Notes: generated from the sequence alone by a model not told the origin. Counted from the whole stretch's first letter, positions 50,253 to 62,540 are shown. The stretch is 62,718 bases of DNA, filler included, from Collodictyon triciliatum (GCA_043381765.1; 8 parts of 8 records of this genome joined end to end with filler, not necessarily neighbours in it), one strand, 5' to 3'. Translations and numbers: made by a program.

Positions 50253-53200
50253 AAAGGAAACATGGCTTAATTTGCGCTTTTGTGTGTTTAATACCATAAT
50301 TTTTAATTTTTTTAATTGCTTACAGTTCTAATCTCTTTTCTCAATTTGAAGACTTCTTCTTCCAGGGCCCTCTGCTCTTTTTCAAATTCCTCAATTCTAT
50401 CAGGGCTAGAAGTGTCAATGGAAACCAAAGGTGTTTGTGAAATTTTATTCTTAAATCCCTCCTATATACATGTAAAGATTAGGAGGAACTGTATGAAGAG
50501 ACGGTTATATAAACCTCATCATACACATTTTGATAATGTTTTCAGTATAGAAAACAAAAAAGTTACTAAAATACAAACCAAATCACAGGGCTCTTCTCCA
50601 ATAAATCCTTCAAACTTTAATCGGTAAGCTGCTTCGTCATATTCAGGTACCTCCTCAGGGACAGGTATCAATACTTCCTCAAGAGTAGCTTCCGGGTTAT
50701 AGAGCGACGTGAGTTCTGGATTGGCGGGACTATAGTCACCCCATGACGACTCGATATTTGGAGATATGGCTTCCTCCGAACCAACCATGTCTGGAAACGG
50801 GTCGTCTGACTTTAGTAATTGGCTCAAATCAAAGGGGTCTGTTTGCATCTCTTTCTCCATGAATTCGATTACTTTTCTTTCCCTTTCTCTGTTTGAGATA
50901 GAAAAATATTTACTATAATCGATATTTTATAATGACGAAATATATGTGCAATTTAATCACAATTATTCAATATGCCGATTAAGGCTTCTAGGATGCATCC
51001 TCATTTTGAGCTATTATTTAAGTGCACTAAAATGTTATACAATATGGATAACATAATCGCTTTAAGGGGCTCACTTTATTTCCTTTTATTGGAATGATAT
51101 TGTAAACTTATATAATACAATAACGTCGATATAAATGATGTATTATTAAAATACGATTTATGGGCCGATGCTAAACGTTCGTCAGATTCATTTCGATAAA
51201 TGTATCTTTCTAGCCCGATAGACACTTTCTCTTGTTTCCCTAAAATCTTACTTGAAACTTTGGGCAATTTTAAGGACATCGACGGGGTCGCTAAAATATA
51301 AAGTCACATTTTTTTCTTTTAAAAAATGAGACTTGAAGTGTATTTTGAAATGTAACATATATATGTGATTACTTGATTCTAAGTAAGGCGTATGACTAAC
51401 GAAGGAATGACTTGACGAACTTGGTGAGTTTTCACGAGACCAATTATCTTTCTCCACGGTGGTGAGCTTATCTCTCCTTAACAAAGGTGTTTCACGATCT
51501 TTAGCTTGGCCTTTTCCTTGGCCTTGAGCTTGGGCTTGAACGTGACCTAGACCTAAAGCCTTTAAGTGAAAAGGAAGTATTTTATGTTAAAATTTCATCA
51601 AGCAGGTACATAAATGTTTTTTTTTTATGTGTGTGTGTGTGTTTAAGAAATCAGGCAAAAAAGAATATCATTTTATCATTCTGTTTGAATTGTTAAGGAG
51701 TTTTATTATAATAATACCCTGTGCGATGATTCTGCTTTCTTCGTTTTTTCTACAGCGGTTGGTGAGCAGACTCCACTCTTCTGTGCTAAATTCACTGTGA
51801 AATGTGATATTATGTCACGATTCATGGTATCAAAGGGTAAAATTCATTTGAAAAGAACCTTTTCCACGTTTCTTCTTTGAACCTAAAATTCGTATCGAAG
51901 ATAGGTTAAGCTGACATCGTTTATGTATGCATATATCCTATAATCAATAGAAATATGTAATTTTTTGAATGCGCAAATAAAATAAAGGGAGGAAATCGCT
52001 TAATACTTTTGGCTGGGTTCTTAAACGAACTCGGAGGACTATTTTCTCTGATAGTTTCCACTGGCTCTGAGTATTCTATCGCATCGTGCAATTAAAAAGA
52101 GTATGAGCAAAATCAAACACTTGATTGATATACTTTCTTTTCAGTTAAAAAAATAGAAAAAGAACTGCTATTAAAAAATAAATAAAATTGGACAGTCTTT
52201 TAATGAAAGGTAAATGAAGACAAACTTGTGGGAATATATGCCACTGCTGGTTCGGATGTTGGAAGTATACTGGACGAAAACACACCAGAAGAGAAAATAC
52301 TCGGGGACATAATGACTGGCTCTTTTTTATGCGGGATAACTGGGGATTCGATGACCGAGACAGATGGGGTAGATTCATCCACTTCATCTAAAGGTTTTCT
52401 GCTACTTAAATCTTGCTCGCTTCTACTCTCTGATGAAATTGTGTTCATACTGACGACTCTCGCCTATCAATACAAAAAAAATTTCTGCGTAAATATAGTG
52501 TGTGATGATTATGAGTGTATGGAAGACATAAAATGCTCTTCACCTTTTACAAAAGAATTTTTAAAATTATAATCAATTATTGTGTTTGTTTGGTTCCTGA
52601 GTTAAATTTTACCAACTCTGTGTTACTTTGGGACGATTGAACTATAGATGCGCGTCTCTGGGCCCTTATATCCAGCTCCCTTTTCAATATTTCCTCATCA
52701 CTAAGTCGGTCAGAAGATGTGTATGGTGCTGAATCTTTTGTTGATCTTTTCATGTCCTTGGTCTTGCACAGTTATTTTAAGTTAATATATCATCTGCAAA
52801 TAATAGAACCCAACAAAAGAGCCATCATAAGAATGCTTTATTCATTCATTTTTATCTCATTTTATGTTAATCACGTTCAAATTATTCGAGTTGAGGGTAG
52901 AGTTCTAGATTGAGAGGACTGAGAAACAATATAAACCTTTCCAAGGGATACATTTTTTCCATTGGGTTTTCCTTTTTGGAGTCAGTAGTTTTGAAGCATT
53001 TTAATATCAAAAGAAAATAAATTAATGACTTTTTTTTTAAAAAAAAGAAATGAATATTCAAATAACCGATGAAATAAATAAATGAAGCAGAAAAAAAAGC
53101 GACGTATTTCATGTATGAGATGAATAGGATAGAATATTATTGGAGTATGCACCCAGTTTGGAAACGGAGGTGTCATCGAACCCAGGAATGAGTTTTCCCA

Positions 53201-54376
53201 CAAGATAATCTCTCTTCAATAACAAATATGTCGGAAAATTATATATAAAGTAGGAACTTCGATTTAAAATGGTGTACAGTAATATAAAATATTATGAAAT
53301 AATATATGCAAGTACCTCGCCAACAACCTTCTTTGACTTTTCATTCCTGTCAAAATATTCTAAATGGCTATAACTGATACGCCTAGTCGCCTTTTTTTTT
53401 TCAAATTAGAAAAATATATTTTATCTAATATGTACGTGTGTTTCTATCTACAATCTATTCATATTAATATATCAGATAATCAAAACGAACCTCAGAGAAA
53501 AGGTCGGTCCCTTGTAATAGATGAGTTTCAGAACGTAGGTCCGATGACTAAAGAGTGAAACATCAGTATGGGTAATATAAAAAATTATGCATATTAGTTA
53601 ATGCTATTTTTTTAAAATTTTTTTTCTGTGTTTGGAGTTGAAAAAAAGGGAAAGAAACTTGTGACAATATTCTGAAATGTTTATTTTTTTTTTTACACTT
53701 TGCTGGGAATCAATTTCATCTTTCTTGCGTCTGTATTGAGAAGGACCCCCGAAATCTGAAAATTCTGATTCAAACGCAGTCGCATCGTCACAATTATCAT
53801 GGAGATTGGTTTCCCCATTTTCCAGATCTTTTGGGTGGTCATTCTCGTTATCACCCTCATAAGAGGCAGAATCACCATTCCCACTAGCGTTTATTCGCTA
53901 TTGTGTATGCTAAGTCAATTCTAAGAGCTAATATCCCCATTAAAATCTGAGTTGATGTAATTTGAACAATATATACTCATACTTTAGATGAGCTGGATTT
54001 GAAGCTGCTTTTTTGCTTCCCTTTTATATTATTTTCTTTGTTTTCATCAACTAGATCATCAAAAATGCTGAAGGAATCAACACTGAAATTTTTCTCCAAC
54101 TTCACAAAATCTGAATCAGGTTCTACATCAAGAAAATGCTTTAGCACCTCAAAAGTTCTTGTGGTAAATAATAAGGATTTTGAAAATAAAAAAGAAGGCT
54201 AGCTTAATGTTCTTTCAATTGTAATTTTGAATTTCATTTTACTAAAAGCGTAAAAGCTATCTTGGGGGTCAAATAATTGTGTTCGAACGGCCTCTTGAGC
54301 TTGAAGCGCTTGCTCAAGAGCGATGTCTTTTTCCTCCAGCAACTTTTGAATGTTTATCAAAGCTTCTTTCGTGCTA

Positions 54377-54418
<42 letters not shown>

Positions 54419-57015
54419 TTTCAATAAACCACACAACATCTACTGAACCAAACAATTTCTGTACCTTTTTAGTTCTTCATTTGCCTCTTTTAAATCTATA
54501 GACACGATTTTATGAATAGGGCACGTAATTAGTTTATTCATGTTTAATGCAAAAACTGATACCATATCCAAAAGGTGATAATTTCCTACTTCCATGGGTG
54601 TCAAATCAAAGAAAAAAACCTCTTGCTAAGTGAAGTTTTTGGTCGGCCTCGTAATTGATGTACATCTCAAATAATTGGCAATATCGATTCCATATTTTAG
54701 CGGTCAGTTGCCCTCTTTCGATACAATTCACTGATACCTAATAATGTTGTTCAAATGCGATACATGAAGAGATACATTAAATTAAAAGAATTATTGTGTA
54801 ATATTCCTAAAAAAAAATCATGCAGAAATGGATTTAGGTAAAAGTTGCCTGTCTAACGATTTCGTGAAGACATATACTGTACAGAAGATGTGTTTCTCGA
54901 GCCACAACTTTGTTAGTAAAAAGAGAGAGAGAAAAAGATAAGGTAAAATTTAGATTTTTTAAATAATTTTCATATTTATGTAAATTAGGTATCGATATAA
55001 TGGAATTAGTCTTGACTTACGGCTAACATCGACACTTTTTCCAATTACTTTTTCAAGCATAATGTCCATCCATCTTTCCAACATAAATACATCCTAATGC
55101 ATGTCCACATAAAACACGATTATTAAGGAGAAAACATAATTATTGTAATGGTTCAGATATCAAAAATACTTCTCTTGACGTAGGTGTCGCAGAAGGGAAC
55201 GTGGTAATTTTCCAAAGCCTCTCTTTCACTTGAATTTACAAATATATATTTAGATAGGGATATTTCATTCATAATCAAGAAAATAATATAATATCATTTT
55301 TCTATATGAAATGTATGAATCCTCTTACGGTCATATTCTGTCATTTTTGTAATATCAGTAGGAGGAACAGGACTCGTTTCGACAACATGAAATGCCTACA
55401 AATTATGATTGCACCATGATTTCTTTTAAAAAAATTCATATAAACCTGTCTACCGCGGAATCAACACTAAATATGGGTAAAAGTAGGACAAAAACTGTCT
55501 TGTTTAGTAAGTAAATACACCATCTAAGAAAACCTTAGGTATTCGCGTTGGAATATGCGTGCCCTTTGTTGGGCTAGACCCAACAGCATCCAGTAAGGAC
55601 TTCTCATTAGTAAATGGAGTTTCCTGAGGAGAACAAAAAAGTTATTTCGGCGAACATAGATAAGCTTATAAATAGCCGATTGAAATAAATTCTGTAAATT
55701 GTAACATACCTGCATCTTTCGTAGTTCTTTTGAAGATTAATTTGGAGTAAATTTGTAAATGATGTTATATAATAATTATCGTTATTCAGATGATGTGATA
55801 TGCTGAAATACATAAATTAAATATATAGTCAATTTTAGTAAAATTACCATCAACAGGACTTGTGAACTTTCGAGTTACATTTCCTGGAGTTATATTTCGC
55901 CTATAACAGGGGCACATGCGTCATGGTCAGAGTAATAACTTTCCCAAAACAAAACAAAATATTGTTTGAAAGCGTATTTTAATCAGAAATCTGTTTCAAA
56001 ATGAACCTAGAAACCCTAGATAAAGTTCCAAATGGCGCCCACGGGTCGATTTCTGCGACAGGATTAGCTGCGTATAATTTAAAATGTCTATTAAAATAAA
56101 ATCTGGCGGAAAAAAAAGCTCATACATATACTATTTATTGGGAAAGCTAACCATGATTTTCTGCAGCCGGACGAACACCAAAGAATTCCATTTCTGCGGC
56201 GTATGCAACACTCAAATTCATATCACTATTTCCAAATCTTGCAAAAGGATCGACATGTTTTTCTCTTCTAGTATCTCCCTATTAATTTCATCAAAAAGCA
56301 TAGAAACAATGACGAGGAAAACCGGTAATAAGGAATATATATTTTAAATAAAAACAGTGAGATTAAATATAAGGCAAATCAAAAAAAAAAAAAAAGGAAA
56401 GGAAGAGGGCTGTCTGAGTAGTAAAAATAAAAAAAAATATCATTACAGAAGGACAGTCAACCTTCTTCTCTCGTATTGCAGGAATCTTAGTGGTTTCATG
56501 GCCTGTATATGGTGGGCTATGTGCATACTGAATTCTTTCACGCTTGCTGGAAGAGTCTCTTGATTTTATTCCGGGGAGCCTTCCTCGACTATTTTCTAGG
56601 GTGACAGACTTTGACCGAGTCGGTCCTTTCTCTAGTTCATTTATTTAGTCATGTTTTTTTTTTAAAAAAAAATAATTAGCCAAGTAGATGTGCCGATAAA
56701 TGCGATATTGATGTTACTTTCTTGACTTTTGAATCCATACCTGCCTTCATCGAAGCAATAAAGGAATGAAAAAACGGTTTCGTTTGCTCCTTTTCTAATT
56801 GGACTTTCGTTCCATCCGACCCCTATTAAAGTATCAGAATAGCCATGTCCGTAATGGGGGATGTCGGTGAAAAGATGAGATATCTAGATTTATGACATTA
56901 TGAAAAGCTATATCCAAATAATATGCCGAACAGTAGAAAACACACGTTTACAGCGCTTTCGTGTACTGTATCATCCAAGTATGGTTCTGAAGTATTCTGA
57001 ATACAAGGCAGTTAG
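49235..57015 (-). CDS. Large multi-exon low-complexity/coiled-coil protein with an axonemal dynein light chain-like (AXDND1/p28-type) domain and a C-terminal TSNAXIP1-like motif; partial
   Basis: FPSATPTSRE|DVFMLERWMDIML...LYSICLHEIVRQ|VSVNCIERGQLTAKIWNRY (~54660-55230). LYDFLYEYYATRYGLKSIAER (~49235-49300). Whether all exons form one gene is not established. Confidence 0.6.
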
Positions 57016-57315
57016 GTAAGTGAGACGGAACATATCGCGAATACAAGTTTAGACTGTGACAATACTTTTCAATGAGAGCGGTACAAAAGAAAAAGAAAAA
57101 GAAAAAGAAAGTAAGAAAGTAAGAAAGAAGAAGAAAGAAAGAAGAAAGAAGAAAGAAGAAAGAAGAAAGAAGAAAGAAGAAAGAAGAAAGAAGAAGAAAG
57201 AAGAAAGAAGAAAGANNNNNNNNNNNNNNNNNNNNNNNNNNNNNNNNNNNNNNNNNNNNTTAATTAATTAANNNNNNNNNNNNNNNNNNNNNNNNNNNNN
57301 NNNNNNNNNNNNNNN

Positions 57316-58380
57316 ATCGACCCATGAATTCAAAATGAGTCTTTTCAAATGACTCTTTTGTTAATTCATACCATTGTTCCTGGCACTTGTTTTTGTATGT
57401 GAAAAAAATAATTTTATAAAGAGCTTCAAAATATTTTTCAGGCAAGACTTTTTTGAGCATAGTAAGTATTGTCCTAAATGTAATTGGGCGTTTAGACTTT
57501 GGCGCTTGTTGTAGTTGGTTTAATTTTTGAAGTCGTTCTTTGCTACTTGAGTCTTGAGAATCCGGCAACTGTTCACAAACTTTTAACCAGGTCTCTTGCA
57601 AATTGTCAAAATTAGCATTTATTAAAACAAAACCATACTTGACCCAGTTGTCATAATCCGCTGGAATTGATTTGAACAATTCTCATTCCAACATCTTATC
57701 AATTAACACCTCGGTGAAAATCTTGTCTTGCAAAGGGCAGTTGGCTTTTGTTTTGTTTTCAAGTATGTGACAAATATAGCGTTCAATGTTTTCCGTCATA
57801 GCTTGTTCAATAATGCGTTTCTTTGATTTGAACAGATGTGAAATATTTGAAATATCAAATTCCGTTATTTCATTCCTAAACATTTTATCCTCACGCTCCC
57901 AAATGTTTTTCGTGTATTTGATAGTATCCACTGCTGGCATTCCTTCACCAAACACTTTAGTGCCTTCCATTGACTTTTCAAAAATTTTTACTTTTACATA
58001 GACATGAAAGCCTTTGTTATTACCTCGTGTCCAGCACATCGAATTATTGATTGTTGGAACATTTAGAATTTGCCCCTGTTTATTGGGGTCGTTTATCTCT
58101 TCGGAATCGCTATCAATACACACGAGGTCTTCGACATATTTGAGATAAAGTGATACAACTCTAAAGCATTTATCTTTCCTCTCCTCTCTGGTGACTCGTC
58201 TTTTAAGATATGTGCAATAGGTATTGTACATACTTTTACTCTTTTCTTTATACTCTTGTAACTCATTTAATGAGCAGTCGTTCTTCTCAATGATAGTATG
58301 CTTTTTACCTTTTTCTAAATAGTAATGGGCATAGGCATATGGGATTTTGTTTGAAGCTACAAATTCAATCAATTCATTTT
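57316..58380 (-). pseudogene. Intronless viral/mobile-element-type primase-polymerase (AEP/Prim-Pol) + PriCT-2-like domain, probably the N-terminus of a primase-helicase; one in-frame TGA at 57683-57685; truncated by contig end
   Basis: LVCIDSD (DxD), TRGNNKGFHVYVKV (His motif) and AVDTIK. Same frame continues MLE*ELFKSIPADYDNWVKYGFVL (PriCT-2 Y..W...G..L) and WYELTKESFEKTHF. Confidence 0.65.
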
Positions 58381-58640
58381 CCCTTTGTTATTGAAAGTGC
58401 AGCGAGGTTGTGCCATACAAAAGGGCGAGATAGGTGCGCATGGTAGAGAGCTAACGCAAGTAGTAGAAGACACTGTGGAGAGGCTAGCACCGGAAAGAAA
58501 TAGTATAGCATTTGGTCAGGGGCGACCCAACTGGTTGATTGGTTGAGTAGCAAGGGTTGAATATGCTGTGGGAGATATGTTACGACACGTTGCCATATCT
58601 CTCTTCTCTTGTGGTCAGAGAAGCGAAGAAGAGGTTACTG

Positions 58641-60032
58641 CGCTTTATAAATCAAACAGTTCCTAAAGATGAGAATATGGCGGAAGCTATTAAAAAGGCA
58701 AAGTTACGAAATTAAAAAAAAAGCCATCTTCAAGAATCTCGAAATACCGGAACAAAATAAAGAGTGGGATAAATAGATTGGCATCATATCATTCCTAGCA
58801 ATATTGTAAATGGTATCGAATATGACGGCAAAGTCAATCCAAATAAGTACACTCCATGTCTGATTTACATGAATCGCATTTCGAGGACATTGGAACCAAA
58901 CTTTTTCAATCAATCTCTATAAGAACTGCCAATATACCCTGTCATATTACTCTAGATAATGCATGTTTGATATAGGTATTAGTATCATCTGAAAACATTA
59001 TTAATGAATATATATATATATCAGGTGCAAAGAGACACTATGGGATGATTTCTTTGAAATGAAGAAGAGGGTCTTTCATCAAAGAGACTACAATTTTATA
59101 TACATGATACAAACAGATGGCTTGGCGGTGTCATTATTGTTTGAAAAGAAAGTTATTTTAAATTCAAGATTCAAATATAACCAAAACAAAAAACCCCAAG
59201 AATGTGTGTATATGGATGAACTTTCCGAAGAGCAGTTATCAATATTAGCGAAAAGAAAATTGTTGGAGTGGACGCAGGCAAGTTTAATTTGGTTTACATG
59301 GTGGATGAGACAGGTAAGAAATTACGTTACACGGCACACCAAAGACATGATAGCAAATCTCTTAATAATCACAAAATACTCTTGTGCGAGAACGAAAAGT
59401 ACAATTACCCAGGGATATGTATGATAACAGATTTACAAAGTGCCGTTTCTTTTGGTCCCATGAATTTTGAAGAGAATCAGCAGTTTGAGACATCAAGAGT
59501 ATCTTTAATCGATTTAGAGACAGAACTGAGTAAACAAAATTTATGCATCGTCGATTATGAAAAATTTCGGAAATATGTATCTATGAAATCAAGATGCCAG
59601 ATAGAATTATCCAGATTTTATGAACAAGTAAATTTTCGAAAGATGAGATGGAGACAGCATGTTAATACAAAAAGAAGTGGACAGTTGTTTATGGACCGAA
59701 TCGAAAAGACATTAGGCAAGGATGTTGTACTAGGGTATGCAGACTGGAGCAGAAAATGTCCGATGAAACATTTTATGCCATCAATCGAAAGAGGATTACG
59801 AAAAATACTGTCCAAAAGTTTTGAAACAGTTAGCGTAGATGAATTTAGAACATCCAGGATGTGTTGCAACTGCGAAAAAGAACTGGATTAAATGAAACCG
59901 AAAGGAAATTCAAAAAAGGTGCATAGATGTCTCATATGTAAAGAATGCAATCGCTAAGAAAGCAAACAAAAAACCGTATTCTTGACAAGGGACTTAAACA
60001 GCGCTAATAATATACTCAAGAAAGTTCTTTTA
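58641..60032 (+). pseudogene. Decayed Fanzor1 (eukaryotic TnpB-like RNA-guided nuclease), 5' truncated, with several frameshifts and stops
   Basis: RFIN; HIIP..IEYDGKVNPNKY..LIYMN; KLFQSISIRT.IPCHITLD; LWDDFF..F.YMIQTDGLAVSLLF. RuvC-I VGVDAGK (D at 59271). ETELSKQN; YADWS...MPS..GLRK; VDEFRTSRMCCNC; HRCLICKEC. RuvC-III TRDLNSANNI (D at 59991). Stops at 59889 and 59955. Confidence 0.85.
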
Positions 60033-60240
60033 ATCCTTCAAAATATGCATACACCATCCTCTAAAAAAAGAGGCGGTTGGGTCTTTCCTCTGGCAACCTC
60101 CACCACTACATGGCCTTTGTGAAAAAAAAAAAAGGATTGAGAGCTTAGATGCAGCGAACGAAGTTTACCAATCTTTAGATTTCATACCCCTTCTGGTATA
60201 AAATCCACAAATGACGAATGTGCGAAAATTTATCCAAAAG
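60033..60240 (+). ncRNA. Candidate Fanzor omegaRNA scaffold / element right end
   Basis: Lies immediately 3' of the Fanzor ORF. Hairpins cctct-aaaaaa-agagg (60058-60073) and gatttcatacc-ccttct-ggtataaaatc (60178-60205). Inference only. Confidence 0.35.
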
Positions 60241-60436
60241 CAGGATTTCCTATTGAATTCGGAAAGAGGTAGAAAGGTTGTCTTTGGGGCGCTCGGGCTT
60301 CATTTTCGCCGGAGTTCGTGGCGTGCGCCTGGCCCTTAAACCATAAACCGAAACAACATGTCTAAATACAAAAGGTTGGAAGCGCCCGAGTCCAGGCAGT
60401 AAAGAACAGAGCGATCCTTGCGTCGGACAGATAGAT

Positions 60437-60564
60437 GGTTTTTTATTTGGTTTTTTATTTGGTTTTTTATTTGGTTTTTTATTTGGTTTTTTATTTGGTT
60501 TTTTATTTGGTTTTTTATTTGGTTTTTTGTTTGGTTTTTTGTTTGGTTTTTTGTTTGGTTTTGG
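60437..60564. repeat. 12-bp tandem repeat (GGTTTTTT(A/G)TTT)n
   Basis: Direct inspection. Confidence 0.93.
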
Positions 60565-60856
60565 ATTCATAGAGCGTCCGGATGAAGTTTACAACATAAG
60601 CCCAAGTCATATGTCATTTACAGGGAAAAAAAGAAAGCAAGCAGCTCGGACTCGATGTTTCCTTCCCAACAAACTGGGCTACCCCAAAGAAGCGGCTGTT
60701 GCAAACTGGATCTTTGTGACTGCCGGCAATTCCGTGTGCACAAGTACAAGTTTACCTTGAGCTGTATCGAGTGCGGTCACCTGGCTGACTTTCACGATGT
60801 TGATCAAACTGTTATGTAGGTTTCTTACTAAAACAAATCGGTGGAAAATACTCAGT

Positions 60857-61206
60857 TTCTTTTTCTTTTCTTTTTCTTTTCTTTTCAGTTTCTTTTTCTT
60901 GTCATCTTTCTTTTCTTTTTCTTTTCTTTTTCTTTTCTTCCTTTTCTTCCTTTTCTTTCTTTTCTTTCTTTTCTTTCTTTTCTTTCTTTTCTTTCCTTCT
61001 TTCCTTCTTTCCTTCTTTCCTTCTTTCCTTCTTTCCTTCTTTCCTTCTTTCCTTCTTTCCTTCTTTCCTTCTTTCCTTCTTTCTTCTTTCTTCTTTCTTC
61101 TTTCTTCTTTCCTTCTTTCCTTCTTTCCTTCTTTCCTTCTTTCCTTCTTTCTTCTTTCTTCTTTCTTCTTTCTTCTTTCTTCTTTCTTCTTCTTTCTTTT
61201 CTTTTC
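60857..61206. repeat. Polypyrimidine (TTTC/TTCC)n low-complexity tract
   Basis: Direct inspection. Confidence 0.93.
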
Positions 61207-61380
61207 TGTATAATGTTTGTCTCTCGATTGATGAGGGAGATCTTTGCTACATTATATATTTAGTAATGTGGACTTCGACGCTTAACTGCCCATTATTCCT
61301 GCAGAAGAGCATATCTTTAACGAAGAGATTATATCAATCTTAGAGAGGCTCAGTTCTCCATGTCAAGATCAATAGTTATC

Positions 61381-62540
61381 ATGGCTCCAAAAAAGTTAGT
61401 GAAGCCTGGACCTGAAGTAATATCCTAATTTGCAAACCAACAAATAAATGGTCGAAATTATACTTTTTTTCTATCTTTTGAAAAAATAGAGTCAATAAGT
61501 CTATCATACAATAGACCTTTATTGAAGTACTCAGATACGTATCAACCTAAAGTATACATATACATCAAACTGTGTATATAATTTATTATTGACTTATTTC
61601 TGTCATTGGGATGTCCCGAACCAGGCTCGACCAGAGCCAGCCGTACCGAGCATCGTAGAGGAGAATATACCCCAGGCTGTTGCAATTTCTGAAGCTTATG
61701 AAATACCAGATGCAATTAGAAGTAATCAAGAAGCTTTGAATGTTATAGCATCCTCGATGAAACAACAATCTGCATTGGCAGGCCCAGAATCCAAGTCAGC
61801 GCAAGAGAATTTCTTGCAGAAGCCGGTACTCTTCAATCACTTTTACTCATCACGTAGTCATTAACATATACCTTTTTGTTCAAAGACATTGCCTGGAATC
61901 ATTGTCTTACAACTAAGTAGTTTCCTTTTGTCCTAATAGAATGACTACTCGGGTATTTTGAAGTGATATAGAGAAGGATCCTTTTTAACTTTGGGTGTTT
62001 CATATTCAGTTTATACTAGGGTTTAAAAAAGCTAAGTCTATCTTTTGATGATATCAATTTTTCAAATACTAGAATTTGCATCTGTGACTATGCTTCAAAC
62101 TGTGGAAGACATTTGCACAGATATCCCATCTAGTTCTCTTTTCTGTACGAGACGGGATTATATTATTAGAGAGTTATTCACAACAGAGCAAACTTATGTC
62201 CGAAACCTTACCTTTTTGATTAATGTAAATATATATCTTCGAACAAGACACATAACTCAATAACTTCCTCTCGATTTGTGGCATCTGTTTCGTTACATTT
62301 ATGCAATACTTAATTTCTCATAATGGGCTTGGTTCTTAATTGCTGAAATATGGTGCCTGTAATCACCAGCAATACAAGGTTGTGATGCAAGATCATCACT
62401 CTTTGAAGGACGAATGCCCTGCTATATTCATTAGTCTCCCTGCAATCCTCCTGACAAACAAAACCTTGCTACATCGATTACACCGTAAAGTGATGAGATG
62501 GACACCATATTCCACTATTGGTGACGATTTGGCATATTTT
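61381..62540 (+). CDS. RhoGEF (Dbl-homology domain) protein, 3' partial; start uncertain
   Basis: RRDYIIRELFTTEQTYVRNLTFLIN|QYKVVM...IFISLPAILLTNKTLLHRL...WTPYSTIGDDLAYF matches the DH domain N-terminal conserved regions. Confidence 0.8.

Noticed and set aside
57683-57685. Alternative genetic code (TGA=Trp) in the primase ORF
   Set aside because: The Trp codons I checked in this ORF are TGG, and host genes use TGA as a stop (e.g. 47795, 29886).
667-60240. A single defence island linking ROCO, HNH, TPR array and Fanzor
   Set aside because: These lie on different contigs joined by artificial linkers, so no physical linkage can be inferred.
60250-61263. ORFs such as (PNKK)n and F/S/L-rich ORFs; telomere-like reading of (GGTTTTTTATTT)n
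   Set aside because: They are translations of simple repeats. The 12-mer is internal, short and flanked by ordinary sequence.
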